From Gammaproteobacteria bacterium (GTDB lineage: Bacteria; Pseudomonadota; Gammaproteobacteria; G965277405): 64,000 bases of DNA. The number at the start of each line of letters is the position of its first letter. The first letter of the stretch is position 1. Under the pieces are notes generated by a model. It saw only the letters and a program-made list of their open reading frames with translations, was not told the origin of the DNA and did no database searches. The translations under genes were made by a program, and so were the position numbers. Below are positions 41,286 to 51,169 of the stretch, one piece after another. The DNA is taken from NCBI GenBank assembly GCA_965277405.1, contig OZ255726.1, positions 384,001-448,000 on the forward strand. The letters run 5' to 3'.

Positions 41286-42758
41286 TTAAATCTGAATCCA
41301 CGTCGTATGCGGCGTGGTAAATTGCAGGCAATCTGCTTGGATTTGCTCTTGAACCACAAACAGCTCAAGGCTCTTATTACCGCCAACACCATTGTGTATC
41401 ATAATTGAGCGGGCGGATACTGTCTGCAAATATCGCATAACTGGATGCGGTTGCCGACTATGGACGCTGATATTGCGTATTGGCAGTACATGCTTACACA
41501 ATTCTGCGAGTTGACGCGCATCATCAAACACCAACACCGACAACAACGGCACATATACATTTTCTGGTCGACATGCGAGTGAGTCTTTGCTTTCTAGCAC
41601 CACAGTTGGGGTTACATACCAACCACCTTGTTCGCATTCAATGAGCACACCACCACACAATACCTCTGCACCAGCCGCAATTTTTCGCTGTAAAAGTTGC
41701 TGTAAGCCATCAACTTGCTGCGCGCTGATGACAGCACCAATATCGCTAGCTTTTTCAAGTGAGTGACCCACCTTAAATGCTGCAGTGAGTTGCAACAGTT
41801 TGCTTTGTAGCTCTGCGGCAATCGCGGTGTCTACACATACCAATGCGCAGTCGACTTGATCGGTATTTTGAAAATACAACATCGCATCGCGTGCTTGTTT
41901 GGCTGCGTAATCAATATCAGTAACATCCTGGCAAACCACATGCACCGTTGCCGCTGGTGGTTGATACGCAAATATTGTGCCATTGCCGCTGGCAGCTTGT
42001 TGCGCCAACAATGCTGTAGCATGCTGACCATGAAATGCCAGTGCGTCTAGCCCCACGTGAGCGGCCAACGCGCCACCAGCCGCCTCTCCACCCCCAGACA
42101 ACACATTATATATCCCTGCAGGAATTCCCGCAGCATTGGCAATTTGCCCAAGCCGAATTGCACAGAGCGTCGCCTTTTTAGCAGGCTTGACAATCACGGC
42201 ATTCCCAGTGGCAAGAATTGGACCGATGGCTCTACAGATGTTTTCTAACGGAAAATGTGCCGCCAATATCACCCCAACAACGCCAACAGGAGCGCGAGAG
42301 TTTGCAACTAGCACATCGGCTTGATACAGGCTTGTTTGTACTATTTTATCCAAACATTCAGCACTAAATTGTAGCCATTCAACTGCATTTGCCACGCTGC
42401 GCTCCAGCGTTGTGCGCACCGGCTTACCTGTTTGTAATGATTCCAACAATGCAAACTCTTCTTGGTTGTCTTCAATCAAATTCGCCAATTCAAATAACAC
42501 TTCTTTACGCGCAGCTACAGATAGCGCATTCCAGCCACTGCGTGCCACCGCATCACGCGCACAGCGCACGGCATAGTCGACATCAGCCGCGTCACACTCT
42601 GCAATTTGCACGAGGGTATGACCATCAATTGGGCTAATTGCCGCATACACTTTAGCTGATTTTGCTGGATGATATTTTGCGCCAACAAAACACATACCGT
42701 TAAATTTTAGCTCATGGACATATGGCTTCCATGAATATTGGTTGGATGTAATACGCAT
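41286..42758 (-). CDS. Aldehyde dehydrogenase-fold protein (PuuC-like) with degenerate catalytic motifs
   Basis: ISPIDG, DVDYAV, ALLESLQTGKP, PVGVVG, GNAVIVKPA retained; ORF extension to 43034 lies mostly in a MITE. Confidence 0.8.
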   Translation of the reverse strand: MRITSNQYSWKPYVHELKFNGMCFVGAKYHPAKSAKVYAAISPIDGHTLVQIAECDAADVDYAVRCARDAVARSGWNALSVAARKEVLFELANLIEDNQEEFALLESLQTGKPVRTTLERSVANAVEWLQFSAECLDKIVQTSLYQADVLVANSRAPVGVVGVILAAHFPLENICRAIGPILATGNAVIVKPAKKATLCAIRLGQIANAAGIPAGIYNVLSGGGEAAGGALAAHVGLDALAFHGQHATALLAQQAASGNGTIFAYQPPAATVHVVCQDVTDIDYAAKQARDAMLYFQNTDQVDCALVCVDTAIAAELQSKLLQLTAAFKVGHSLEKASDIGAVISAQQVDGLQQLLQRKIAAGAEVLCGGVLIECEQGGWYVTPTVVLESKDSLACRPENVYVPLLSVLVFDDARQLAELCKHVLPIRNISVHSRQPHPVMRYLQTVSARSIMIHNGVGGNKSLELFVVQEQIQADCLQFTTPHTTWIQI

Positions 42759-42802
42759 ACGATTATTGGTAGAATGGTAAATCAATTGGGCAACATTGTT
42801 AG

Positions 42803-43131
42803 GGAAGCTCTGATTAACTCGCTGAGTGAGCGAGTTTGCCTGCAATTGCTGATGATTGCAAGGCGCAAACCGCTGAGCGCATGCCCTAGCATATACGCCA
42901 AGGGATGCAACACAGCAAGCATAAACAACTGCCGCATACCAAAAGTATATATATGCAACAGAGGGATGGAAAAAAACGCTGCGCTGCGTCGTTGTAGTAC
43001 TTGGCAATACCCACAATACCCACAATACCCACAAGACCCAGCAGTGTTAGCTTGGCACTGCACTTAAGTTATCAGCAGCGTTGTTGCGCCGTTGCGCCGT
43101 CTCGCCCATCATGGACTTAATCAGAAGTTGC
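42803..43131 (-). mobile_element. Diverged complete MITE with internal CAATACCCA repeats
   Basis: TTAG-GGAAGCTCTGATTAACTCGCTG...GGACTTAATCAGAAGTTGC; abuts the acuI stop. Confidence 0.9.
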
Positions 43132-44121
43132 TTATATCGATAAATCGACAACAATACGACCATGTGCTTTGCCAGCCATCATCTGCTTGGCATACCGCAT
43201 CAGTCCTCTAAGTCCAACAATATGTTGGATATTGGCATATTCGTCAACAAGCAAATCAGCCAATTGCTGCCAGACTGCATGGCGCTTTGCGGTTGGATAT
43301 TGCACAGAGTCGACTCCGTGCAACTTCACTCCGCGCAGGATAAATGGCATGACTGTTGCTGGCAACAAAAAATCTCCAGCAAGCCCAGCTGCTATAACTG
43401 TTGCTGAGTAGCGCATTTCGCTGAGGATTTGCGCCAACACTGCCCCACCAACCACATCAACCGCACCATCCCATTGTTGCGTATTCAACGGTGCAACTGT
43501 TTGTTGTTGCCATTGTTGCGTGGCAACAACAGTATGTGCCCCGAGGTCTTGCAGGTATTTTTCATGTGCTAAGATGCGTGTTGTTAACGCATGTACTTCG
43601 TAGCCCAGTTTACGCAACAATACAACCGCCACACTGCCGACACCACCAGTTGCGCCACTTACCAGCACTTTTCCTGAAACAACACCAGCGTTACGCAGTG
43701 CTAGTACGCATAGCATCGCTGTGAGTCCCGCCGTACCAAGTGTCATGGCTTGTATTGCACTCATCCCTATTGGCAGTGGAACCAACCATTGCGATTGCGC
43801 CGATTGATATTCGCTATACCCGCCCCAGTAGCGCTCACCAATGCCCCAGCCGGTCAGAATAACAGCATCACCAACGCTATACTTATCGCTTGAAGTTGCC
43901 ACAACTGTGCCGACAGAGTCGATGCCTGGTACCATCGGCAAAGAGCGAATAATCTTGCCAGTACCAGTAAGCGCCATGGCGTCTTTATAGTTGAGACTCG
44001 AATGTGAAACTTTGATGAGCACGTCACCATCAGGCAAATCTGTTGGCGCAATGCGCTCTATAGCACCACTCATGCCTGCTGCATCTTGGCGCATGATAAA
44101 TGCTTTAAACGTGTCTTCCAT
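43132..44121 (-). CDS. acuI: Acrylyl-CoA reductase AcuI/YhdH family MDR oxidoreductase
   Basis: SSLNYKDA, PGID, GTAGLTAM, GATGGVGS, PFILRGV.L.GVDSV. Confidence 0.85.
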   Translation of the reverse strand: MEDTFKAFIMRQDAAGMSGAIERIAPTDLPDGDVLIKVSHSSLNYKDAMALTGTGKIIRSLPMVPGIDSVGTVVATSSDKYSVGDAVILTGWGIGERYWGGYSEYQSAQSQWLVPLPIGMSAIQAMTLGTAGLTAMLCVLALRNAGVVSGKVLVSGATGGVGSVAVVLLRKLGYEVHALTTRILAHEKYLQDLGAHTVVATQQWQQQTVAPLNTQQWDGAVDVVGGAVLAQILSEMRYSATVIAAGLAGDFLLPATVMPFILRGVKLHGVDSVQYPTAKRHAVWQQLADLLVDEYANIQHIVGLRGLMRYAKQMMAGKAHGRIVVDLSI

Positions 44122-44228
44122 AGTCCACCCCCCACAACTGTAAAGCAGGCATCGTACCATGCATCAAGGCGATGTTGCTGATGAAAGTTATCTGCTCAAT
44201 TCCATGTGTGCGCTTGCTGAGCGATGCA

Positions 44229-45110
44229 TCAGACAATTTTGGTATAATGATCCAACAACAAAATAATAAATAATGCAAATAAATAATATATTGAGACCCA
44301 AAATAAGCGGATGGCATGCTGTGGTTGGTGGTGGCGTACCAACTGCCATGTATAAAACCCGAACCACATATTGCACAACGTAGAACCAAATAAATACAAC
44401 AATCCAGACATGCCAGTCACATACGGCAACCACGTCGACATGATCATTAACAGCGTATACATGGCAATTTGCAAGCGGGTACACTCTTCACCAAACACGC
44501 TGATAAGCATCGGTATTTCCACCTTCGCGTATTCTTTTTTGCGATAAATTGCCAACGCCCAAAAATGGGGTGGCGTCCACAAAAAAATAATAATCACCAA
44601 CAACCACGCATACGGGTGTAACTGTCCTGTGACTGCGGTCCACCCGAGTAATGGCGGCATTGCCCCTGATAGTCCGCCGATGACTATATTTTGGGCTGTT
44701 ATTCGTTTCAAAAAACCAGTGTAAATAAGGGCATATCCTGCCCATGCCATCAAGGCAAGCCACGCTGTCAATGGGTTCACCAATACATATAATACTGCAA
44801 AACCGAGCAGCACCAGCAAGGTTGCAAAGATTAGCACCCGCTGCGCTGGCAATTGCCCGCTAGGTATTGGTCGAGATTGAGTGCGGTGCATCCGCGCGTC
44901 AATATGCCGGTCGATCACATGATTAACCGCCGCACCACTTCCAGCACACAACGCAATACCAAGGTTTCCTAAAATAATAACTTGCAGCGGTGGCAAACTA
45001 TCAACAGCGAGCAGCATCCCTACCACCGCAGTAACAAGCATGAGCAGCACGACCTGCGGCTTGCAGACAGTTATATACGCCGAGATTGAAATAAACGCTG
45101 CCTTGGCTAT
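44229..45110 (-). CDS. cyoE: Protoheme IX farnesyltransferase (heme O synthase); first canonical start at 45050, frame open to about 45128
   Basis: DRHIDARMHRTQSRP, QNIVIGG, WTPPHFWALA; KPQV motif upstream of the GTG. Confidence 0.92.
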   Translation of the reverse strand: MAKAAFISISAYITVCKPQVVLLMLVTAVVGMLLAVDSLPPLQVIILGNLGIALCAGSGAAVNHVIDRHIDARMHRTQSRPIPSGQLPAQRVLIFATLLVLLGFAVLYVLVNPLTAWLALMAWAGYALIYTGFLKRITAQNIVIGGLSGAMPPLLGWTAVTGQLHPYAWLLVIIIFLWTPPHFWALAIYRKKEYAKVEIPMLISVFGEECTRLQIAMYTLLMIMSTWLPYVTGMSGLLYLFGSTLCNMWFGFYTWQLVRHHQPQHAIRLFWVSIYYLFALFIILLLDHYTKIV

Positions 45111-46483
45111 GCCGCTGCCAGCGCCGAATCAACTGCAGCTAAGACGATGTCTATATCTTCTTTGGTGCAAATAAAGGCAGGACTAAACAACAAAACATTA
45201 TTGCCATGTGAAAAACTTCTATTTGCAGCACCGATCAGCACCCCCTGTGCCTGACACGCTGCCACAATGCCTTGCGTAACACTATCAGCCACAGGTTGTT
45301 TGCTGTTACGATCGGCAACCAGCTCAGCCCCACAAAACAAACCCTTGCCACGAACATCGCCAACAATAGGGTGTTGCGCTTGTAGCTTTTGCAACCCAGC
45401 GAGGAGGTAGTCTCCCATTTGCTGGCAATTTTCCAACAGGTTATTTTGTACGATATATTCCATAGTGGCAAGCGCTGCGGCAGGGCCGCCTGTACAACCA
45501 CCAAACGTAGAAATATCACGGAAATAACTAGTTGTGTCATCTGGATTTTGTTTGAATAAGTCGAACACGCGCTCGGTTGTTACCGTGCAGGAAATTGCTG
45601 CATACCCAGCAGCAACACCTTTTGCCATGGTAACGATGTCTGGTTTTACTCCATAATGTTGGTAGCCAAACCACTTACCTGTCCGACCAATGCCACAAAC
45701 GACTTCATCAATGTGGAGTAAAATATTGTATTTCTCACAAATTTCTTGAACTATCTCCCAATACCCAGCGGCTGGCAACAATACTCCACCACCTGCTGTA
45801 ATTGGCTCTAGGCAGAGTCCGCCAATCGTATCTGGGTCTTCGCGCAAAATCACCGCTTCAATCGCGCGCGCAGCACGCACCCCGTAATCAGTCACATCAC
45901 CAAACTGTGAGCGGTATTCATAGCATTTTGGCACTTCTACAAAATCTGGGGTAAATGGACCATATTTATCACGGCGTTGTTCATGACCAGAAGCACTCAA
46001 GGCGGTAATAGTCGTGCCATGGTAGTCGCGGTCGCGGTATAAAATTTTGTTTTTCTTACCACCATATTGCTGCGCGGATATTTGGCGGACAATTTTGAAC
46101 CCTTTCTCGTTTGCCTCTGAGCCAGAATTAGAATAATACACTCTGTTCATCCCAGGCATTTTATTTATCAGTGCTTGCGAAAACTGCGCTGCGGGCACGG
46201 TGCCTGCGGAGCCTGAGTAAAAGTTCATTTTTACAATTGCTGTATACAGCGCATCCGCAACAAATGTATTGCCATAGCCAAGATTGGCAGTCCACACACC
46301 ACCTGAAGTAGCATCGACATATTCTTTGCCATCCGCATCCCACAACCTAATTCCTTTGCCTGCCACGATCACCATTGGGTCGACGGTTTCATATTTTATA
46401 TGTTGGGTTAAATGATGCCAAACATGGGCTCGGTCATTTGCTACAACCGCTGATAAATCTACATTTTTTAATGAATGAGACAT
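45107..46483 (-). CDS. tpa: Class III aminotransferase, taurine-pyruvate aminotransferase-like
   Basis: DRAHVWHH, SGGVWTANLGYG, SGSEANE, DEVVCG.GRTG, TMAKG; AAAGGAGG RBS. Confidence 0.75.
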   Translation of the reverse strand: MSHSLKNVDLSAVVANDRAHVWHHLTQHIKYETVDPMVIVAGKGIRLWDADGKEYVDATSGGVWTANLGYGNTFVADALYTAIVKMNFYSGSAGTVPAAQFSQALINKMPGMNRVYYSNSGSEANEKGFKIVRQISAQQYGGKKNKILYRDRDYHGTTITALSASGHEQRRDKYGPFTPDFVEVPKCYEYRSQFGDVTDYGVRAARAIEAVILREDPDTIGGLCLEPITAGGGVLLPAAGYWEIVQEICEKYNILLHIDEVVCGIGRTGKWFGYQHYGVKPDIVTMAKGVAAGYAAISCTVTTERVFDLFKQNPDDTTSYFRDISTFGGCTGGPAAALATMEYIVQNNLLENCQQMGDYLLAGLQKLQAQHPIVGDVRGKGLFCGAELVADRNSKQPVADSVTQGIVAACQAQGVLIGAANRSFSHGNNVLLFSPAFICTKEDIDIVLAAVDSALAAA

Positions 46484-46773
46484 CAAATCCTCCTTTGTCA
46501 ACAATATAAAAAATTACTTTAGCAAACCATATCCGCCAATATCGGTTAATACACTAGCTGCTAATAAAAAGCATGTTCTGGATATTAGAACTGCTCACCT
46601 TAAATTACTAGTATTTTTACTTTGTTTCATTGGCATGGTCTGAGGTATATCAGCTTAAGTTGATGTGCTTGCTTCACTATACCTTGTGCAGGTCTGAGCA
46701 TACTGTACAAAATTATCTACCGTCATTAGTGATGTTTTGCTATGCTTGATTTACATATTATTATAGGAATTTT

Positions 46774-48207
46774 ATGAATAACACAGATGCTTTTTATATT
46801 GCTGGACACTGGAAAACATACGCAGACTTGCCACGGCGTGAGGTCACAAATCCAGCCAACAACAAGGTAATTGCCACCATCCATATGGCAGATGCAGCTG
46901 TGGTTGACGCAGCGGTAGCTGCAGCAAAACTCGCATTCACCAGTTATTCACGAACCACAAAAGAATACCGACTTGGACTATTAGATAAATTTCTCGACAT
47001 TTACAACCGCCGCTACGATGAAATGGCGGGGTGTATCAGCCAAGAAATGGGTGCACCAATCGATGTAGCACATAAATATCAAGCATGGGCTGGTGTCAAA
47101 CACACCAAAGGATACATACAAGCCTATACCGAGCAACAACAACGTACGCTGTTAGCCAATGGCGATACCGTAGTGCGCGAGCCAATTGGGGTATGCGGGC
47201 TAATCACACCGTGGAATTGGCCGATCAACCAAATATCACTAAAAACAATAGCTGCATTGGCAACTGGCTGTACCTGTGTACTCAAACCGTCAGAATACAC
47301 ACCACTGTCTGCGCAGTTATTCGCTGCAATAATCGACGAGGCTGGCTTCCCCGCTGGGACGTTTAACTTGATTCAAGGTGATGGCCCAAATGCTGGATCA
47401 CGGCTATCAAAGCATCCTGATATTCGTATGATTTCTTTTACTGGATCAACCCGCGCAGGGATTGCAATCAGCAAAGATGCAGCAGACACGGTGAAACGAG
47501 TCACCCTCGAACTTGGCGGTAAATCACCGAGTATTGTGTTTGCCGATGCTGATCTTAACACCACCGTCCGCGCTACTATTGGCGAGTTGTTGCTGAACTC
47601 TGGACAATCATGCGACGCCCCGACACGGCTATTGGTAGAGCGCGATGTCTACGATAGTGTGGTTGCTATTGCCAAAGATGTTGTAGACAACCAAACAGTA
47701 GGTGACCCAAGCAGCCACGGTGACCATCTTGGACCACTCGTCAATGAAATCCAATTCGACCGAGTACAAACACTTATTCAAGCGGGGATTGATGAAGGAG
47801 CACGGGTGGTATCAGGAGGCACTGGCAAGCCAGAAAATGGTGAAGATGGCTATTATGTGCGCCCAACAATTTTTGCTGACGTCCGCAACGATATGCGCAT
47901 TGCCCAAGAAGAAATTTTCGGCCCAGTAGTGGTGGTCATTCCTTTTGATACTGAAGACGAAGCCATCCAAATTGCCAACGACACGCCGTATGGGCTGGCC
48001 GCATACGTACAAACACAGGACCGCGACCGTGCCGAACGTGTTGCCGCACAATTGCAAGTTGGTGCAGTGCATATTAATAATGCTGGGCTACAACCAGGCT
48101 CACCTTTTGGTGGATTCAAACAATCAGGTAATGGTCGTGAAGGCGGTATTTTTGGTATCGAAGATTATCAAGAAGTGAAAACTCTTCACTTTGGTGGTGG
48201 AATCTAA
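46774..48207 (+). CDS. Aldehyde dehydrogenase (intact motifs)
   Basis: PWNWP, KPSE, FTGS, ELGGKS, NSGQSC, EEIFGP. Confidence 0.95.
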   Translation: MNNTDAFYIAGHWKTYADLPRREVTNPANNKVIATIHMADAAVVDAAVAAAKLAFTSYSRTTKEYRLGLLDKFLDIYNRRYDEMAGCISQEMGAPIDVAHKYQAWAGVKHTKGYIQAYTEQQQRTLLANGDTVVREPIGVCGLITPWNWPINQISLKTIAALATGCTCVLKPSEYTPLSAQLFAAIIDEAGFPAGTFNLIQGDGPNAGSRLSKHPDIRMISFTGSTRAGIAISKDAADTVKRVTLELGGKSPSIVFADADLNTTVRATIGELLLNSGQSCDAPTRLLVERDVYDSVVAIAKDVVDNQTVGDPSSHGDHLGPLVNEIQFDRVQTLIQAGIDEGARVVSGGTGKPENGEDGYYVRPTIFADVRNDMRIAQEEIFGPVVVVIPFDTEDEAIQIANDTPYGLAAYVQTQDRDRAERVAAQLQVGAVHINNAGLQPGSPFGGFKQSGNGREGGIFGIEDYQEVKTLHFGGGI

Positions 48208-48226
48208 CCTCCTTAAAAAAACCTAT

Positions 48227-48370
48227 GGAAGCTCTGACTAACTCGCTGATTGCGCGAGTTAGCCTGCAATTGACAGGCGCATGCCGTAGCATATACGCCA
48301 AGGGATGCAACATAGTAAGCAATTGCCGCAAACCAAGAGTATATGCAACAGCGGACAGCAAACAACAGCG
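48227..48370 (-). mobile_element. Half MITE (IRR end plus degenerate arm 1)
   Basis: GGAAGCTCTGACTAACTCGCTG..GCATGCCGTAGCATATACGCCAAGGGATGCAAC; ends at the djlA stop. Confidence 0.85.
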
Positions 48371-49111
48371 CTAGCGTGAATCCATAATTTGTCGGTAAGC
48401 TCGAGCAATTTCAGCTGTTTTTTTGTTGGCTATTTCAATCATCTCTTCTGGTAGACCACGCGAGGTCAACTTATCTGGGTGGTTTTCTTTCATCAATACG
48501 CGATACTTTCTCTTTACTTCGTTTTTTGTTGCCTGCGGATGCAAATCGAGCACCTGATACGCTTCTGCTATAGTATTTTCACCAAGCCCCATGGAATGGC
48601 GCACCGCCTGCTCGACTGCATCCATAGTATGTTGTGCAATATTCAGTGCCTCACCAATTTTTTTGATAATCGCTTTTTCTGCACGATGCAACTTGCCATC
48701 GCCATACGCGCTATACAACAACATTTGCATCATCGTGGTTTTTAAGTGAGGGTGGGTTATGTATTCGCTTGCCTGTTGCAATAGCTTTTCAATATTAAAA
48801 TCATCACGTTTGCCGATGTTAAAAAGCTTAATCGCCGCTTGCTGTTGTTGCTCGTTTAGGCGCATTTGCCGAAAAACTTCCCTGGCTATATTGATTTCAT
48901 GTTGCGAAATAACACCATCAGCCTTGGCAATATGTCCCATCAGCGTAAAAACAGTGCTAAAAAAAACCGCCTGCGACTGCTCGGTGTGGGACATAGAGCT
49001 TTTCAGCCCTTTGTCAAATGAATGCCCAAATGCAGCGCCTAGCACCAAACCAAGCGGCCCACCCATGGCAAAGCCAAGGGCACCACCAACTATTTTTCCC
49101 CACCAGCTCAT
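48371..49111 (-). CDS. djlA: Co-chaperone DjlA
   Basis: MSWWGKIVGG, HIAKADG (TerB-like), J domain HPDK; ATGA overlap with pdxH. Confidence 0.93.
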   Translation of the reverse strand: MSWWGKIVGGALGFAMGGPLGLVLGAAFGHSFDKGLKSSMSHTEQSQAVFFSTVFTLMGHIAKADGVISQHEINIAREVFRQMRLNEQQQQAAIKLFNIGKRDDFNIEKLLQQASEYITHPHLKTTMMQMLLYSAYGDGKLHRAEKAIIKKIGEALNIAQHTMDAVEQAVRHSMGLGENTIAEAYQVLDLHPQATKNEVKRKYRVLMKENHPDKLTSRGLPEEMIEIANKKTAEIARAYRQIMDSR

Positions 49112-49719
49112 GGGTATAACCTCACAATTTTCCACTTGTTGTGTTGTTGTGTAAACGTGACACGTTGATGCAAACGCCCTGCACTGCCTTGCCAAAATTC
49201 AAAATATTTTGGTTGTAAAACATATCCACCCCAATGCGCAGGGAGGGGTATCTCCTGTTTAGCGAATTGCTTCTTAATACTTTTAATACGCTGTTCAAGC
49301 TCGGTAATACTTGCCAAGGGCTGACTTTGTTTGGATGCCCAAGCACCAACCTTGCTCAAATGGGGGCGACTTTGAAAGTAGGTATTTGACTCCTGTATAT
49401 TCATCGTTTTAATCGTGCCTTCAATGCGAATCTGCCGTTCATTTTCAGCATCATATATCAGTGCAGCTACGTTGTTGTTTTTTTTAATTTCTTTACCTTT
49501 GCGGCTGTGATAATTAGTATAAAAATAAAATCCTTGCTTCCTATCGAAACCTTTTAACAATACTGTGCGCAATGATGGCGTACTTGTTGTTGAGACGGTA
49601 GCCAAAAAAACAGCATTGGGGTTTTTTACTTGTTGCATAGACAATTGATTAAACCAAGCTGCAAATGCATTCCAAGGATCACTACCCAGCACTGCCACAA
49701 GGTCATTTAATTTAGTCAT
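49108..49719 (-). CDS. pdxH: Pyridoxine/pyridoxamine 5'-phosphate oxidase
   Basis: RTVLLKG, YTNYHSRKG, RQIRIEG, GAWASKQS, EFWQG..GRLH. Confidence 0.95.
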   Translation of the reverse strand: MTKLNDLVAVLGSDPWNAFAAWFNQLSMQQVKNPNAVFLATVSTTSTPSLRTVLLKGFDRKQGFYFYTNYHSRKGKEIKKNNNVAALIYDAENERQIRIEGTIKTMNIQESNTYFQSRPHLSKVGAWASKQSQPLASITELEQRIKSIKKQFAKQEIPLPAHWGGYVLQPKYFEFWQGSAGRLHQRVTFTQQHNKWKIVRLYP

Positions 49720-49838
49720 ACGCGTATTGTAATACTGTTTCTAAGGAATAAAAGCAGCGTGAATTGTCTCTATTTCCTAGCTAACATGATACATTTTGTT
49801 AGATTTTATTTTATTGTTTTTACAGTAGTTTTCCGTTA

Positions 49839-50708
49839 ATGAGACGACTAAACGCCCACACAAGAATTAACTACCGCGACCCTGGCGGATATCTGCTGCT
49901 GATTTTTTTTTCACTAATGTTAACGCTTGCTGACTATAGAACAACTTGGTTAGATTCCCCAAAACATATACTAGCCGCAATAGCGACACCTTTTTATGAT
50001 GGCGTTTTTTTTGTTGCTGCATTGTTTAATACCAGCGATAATTTTTTTTCTGACCATTTTGCATTGCGCGACGAACTTGAACAAGCACAATTAACAATTA
50101 GCGAGCTAGAAGTGCAACTATCATCAATAAAATCATTGCAGCAAGAAAACAATGAATTGCGAACGCTGATCAATGTAGACTTGCGCAGCGAACAACAGCT
50201 CGTCATTGGTGAGTTAGTCAGCATCAATCAAGCTAATATTGCCAAGGAAGCTGTTATCAACCGTGGTACAAGTACTGGCATCGCTGCAGGACATGCCATT
50301 ATTAACGCGCAAGGGCTGCTTGGTCAAGTTGCCTCTATCAGCGCGGCATATAGCAAAATAATTTTGGTGAATGACATCCGTTTTGGCGTCCCTGTCGAAG
50401 TGCTTGGCAAAGGTATTCGCTTCAATCTTTTTGGCAAAGGCACGAATCTACTAGAAAGTGATGCTCTGAAGTATATGCGCGATATTGCCGTTGACGATTT
50501 ATTAATAACCTCTGGTTTAGGCCATGTTTTTCCCCGCGGAATTGAAGTCGCCCTGGTAGTGCAAATACATACAAGCAGTGCAAGCAATGAAACCACAATA
50601 CAAGCGCAACCTGTCGCAAAAGTCCATTCCAGCCCATATATTTATGCAGTGTTAGCCAAGCAAGTTGATGCCGAAATCAGCGCGCCTGGCGCTGATTCCT
50701 CACTGTGA
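49839..50708 (+). CDS. mreC: Rod shape-determining protein MreC
   Basis: TM, LQQENNELR coiled coil, INRG, GLLGQV, TSGLGHVFPRGIEV. Confidence 0.88.
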   Translation: MRRLNAHTRINYRDPGGYLLLIFFSLMLTLADYRTTWLDSPKHILAAIATPFYDGVFFVAALFNTSDNFFSDHFALRDELEQAQLTISELEVQLSSIKSLQQENNELRTLINVDLRSEQQLVIGELVSINQANIAKEAVINRGTSTGIAAGHAIINAQGLLGQVASISAAYSKIILVNDIRFGVPVEVLGKGIRFNLFGKGTNLLESDALKYMRDIAVDDLLITSGLGHVFPRGIEVALVVQIHTSSASNETTIQAQPVAKVHSSPYIYAVLAKQVDAEISAPGADSSL

Positions 50709-51169
50709 TGATGCGTCAGTTACTATATGGAATAATTGGGGTGGCAGCACTGTTTCTAGAGATTGTATATTGTCACTTTTTTTCTTCGTATCAAGTGCAA
50801 ATTTTCTTTGTGGCGTTGCTATTGATGCATGACAATACCTGCCCAATTCATCCCATAGTAGTAGCCGCATTGTGCTTATTATATGATTCGAGTAGGGTTG
50901 CGATATTAGGTAGTAGCTTACTTACTTGCAGCATTATTCTTTACATCACCACGGTATTGTATAATGCCAACTTATTGCAAAGATCGTTTGCGCAATTTAA
51001 TGTGGTATTCTGCATAGTAATAGCGTTTATACTTGCCAATCAAAGCATAACTTTGGGGCTAGCGTCTATTGTCGATCAACCGATAATCCCAATGCTTATT
51101 AACGCATCCATCAGCACGTTGCTATGGTATATATGCGCTAGCATTATGCGTATTGTAGCGCTATATTAA
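50705..51169 (+). CDS. mreD: Probable rod shape-determining protein MreD (divergent)
   Basis: Hydrophobic 154 aa, LLYD...LGSS motif, overlaps the mreC stop. Confidence 0.55.
   Translation: MMMRQLLYGIIGVAALFLEIVYCHFFSSYQVQIFFVALLLMHDNTCPIHPIVVAALCLLYDSSRVAILGSSLLTCSIILYITTVLYNANLLQRSFAQFNVVFCIVIAFILANQSITLGLASIVDQPIIPMLINASISTLLWYICASIMRIVALY

Noticed and set aside
42759-43034. 92-aa N-terminal extension of the ALDH-like ORF (also the extensions of yjgA and of ORF 16648-17187)
   Set aside because: The extensions run through MITE or IS sequence; more plausible starts or breakpoints lie outside the elements.
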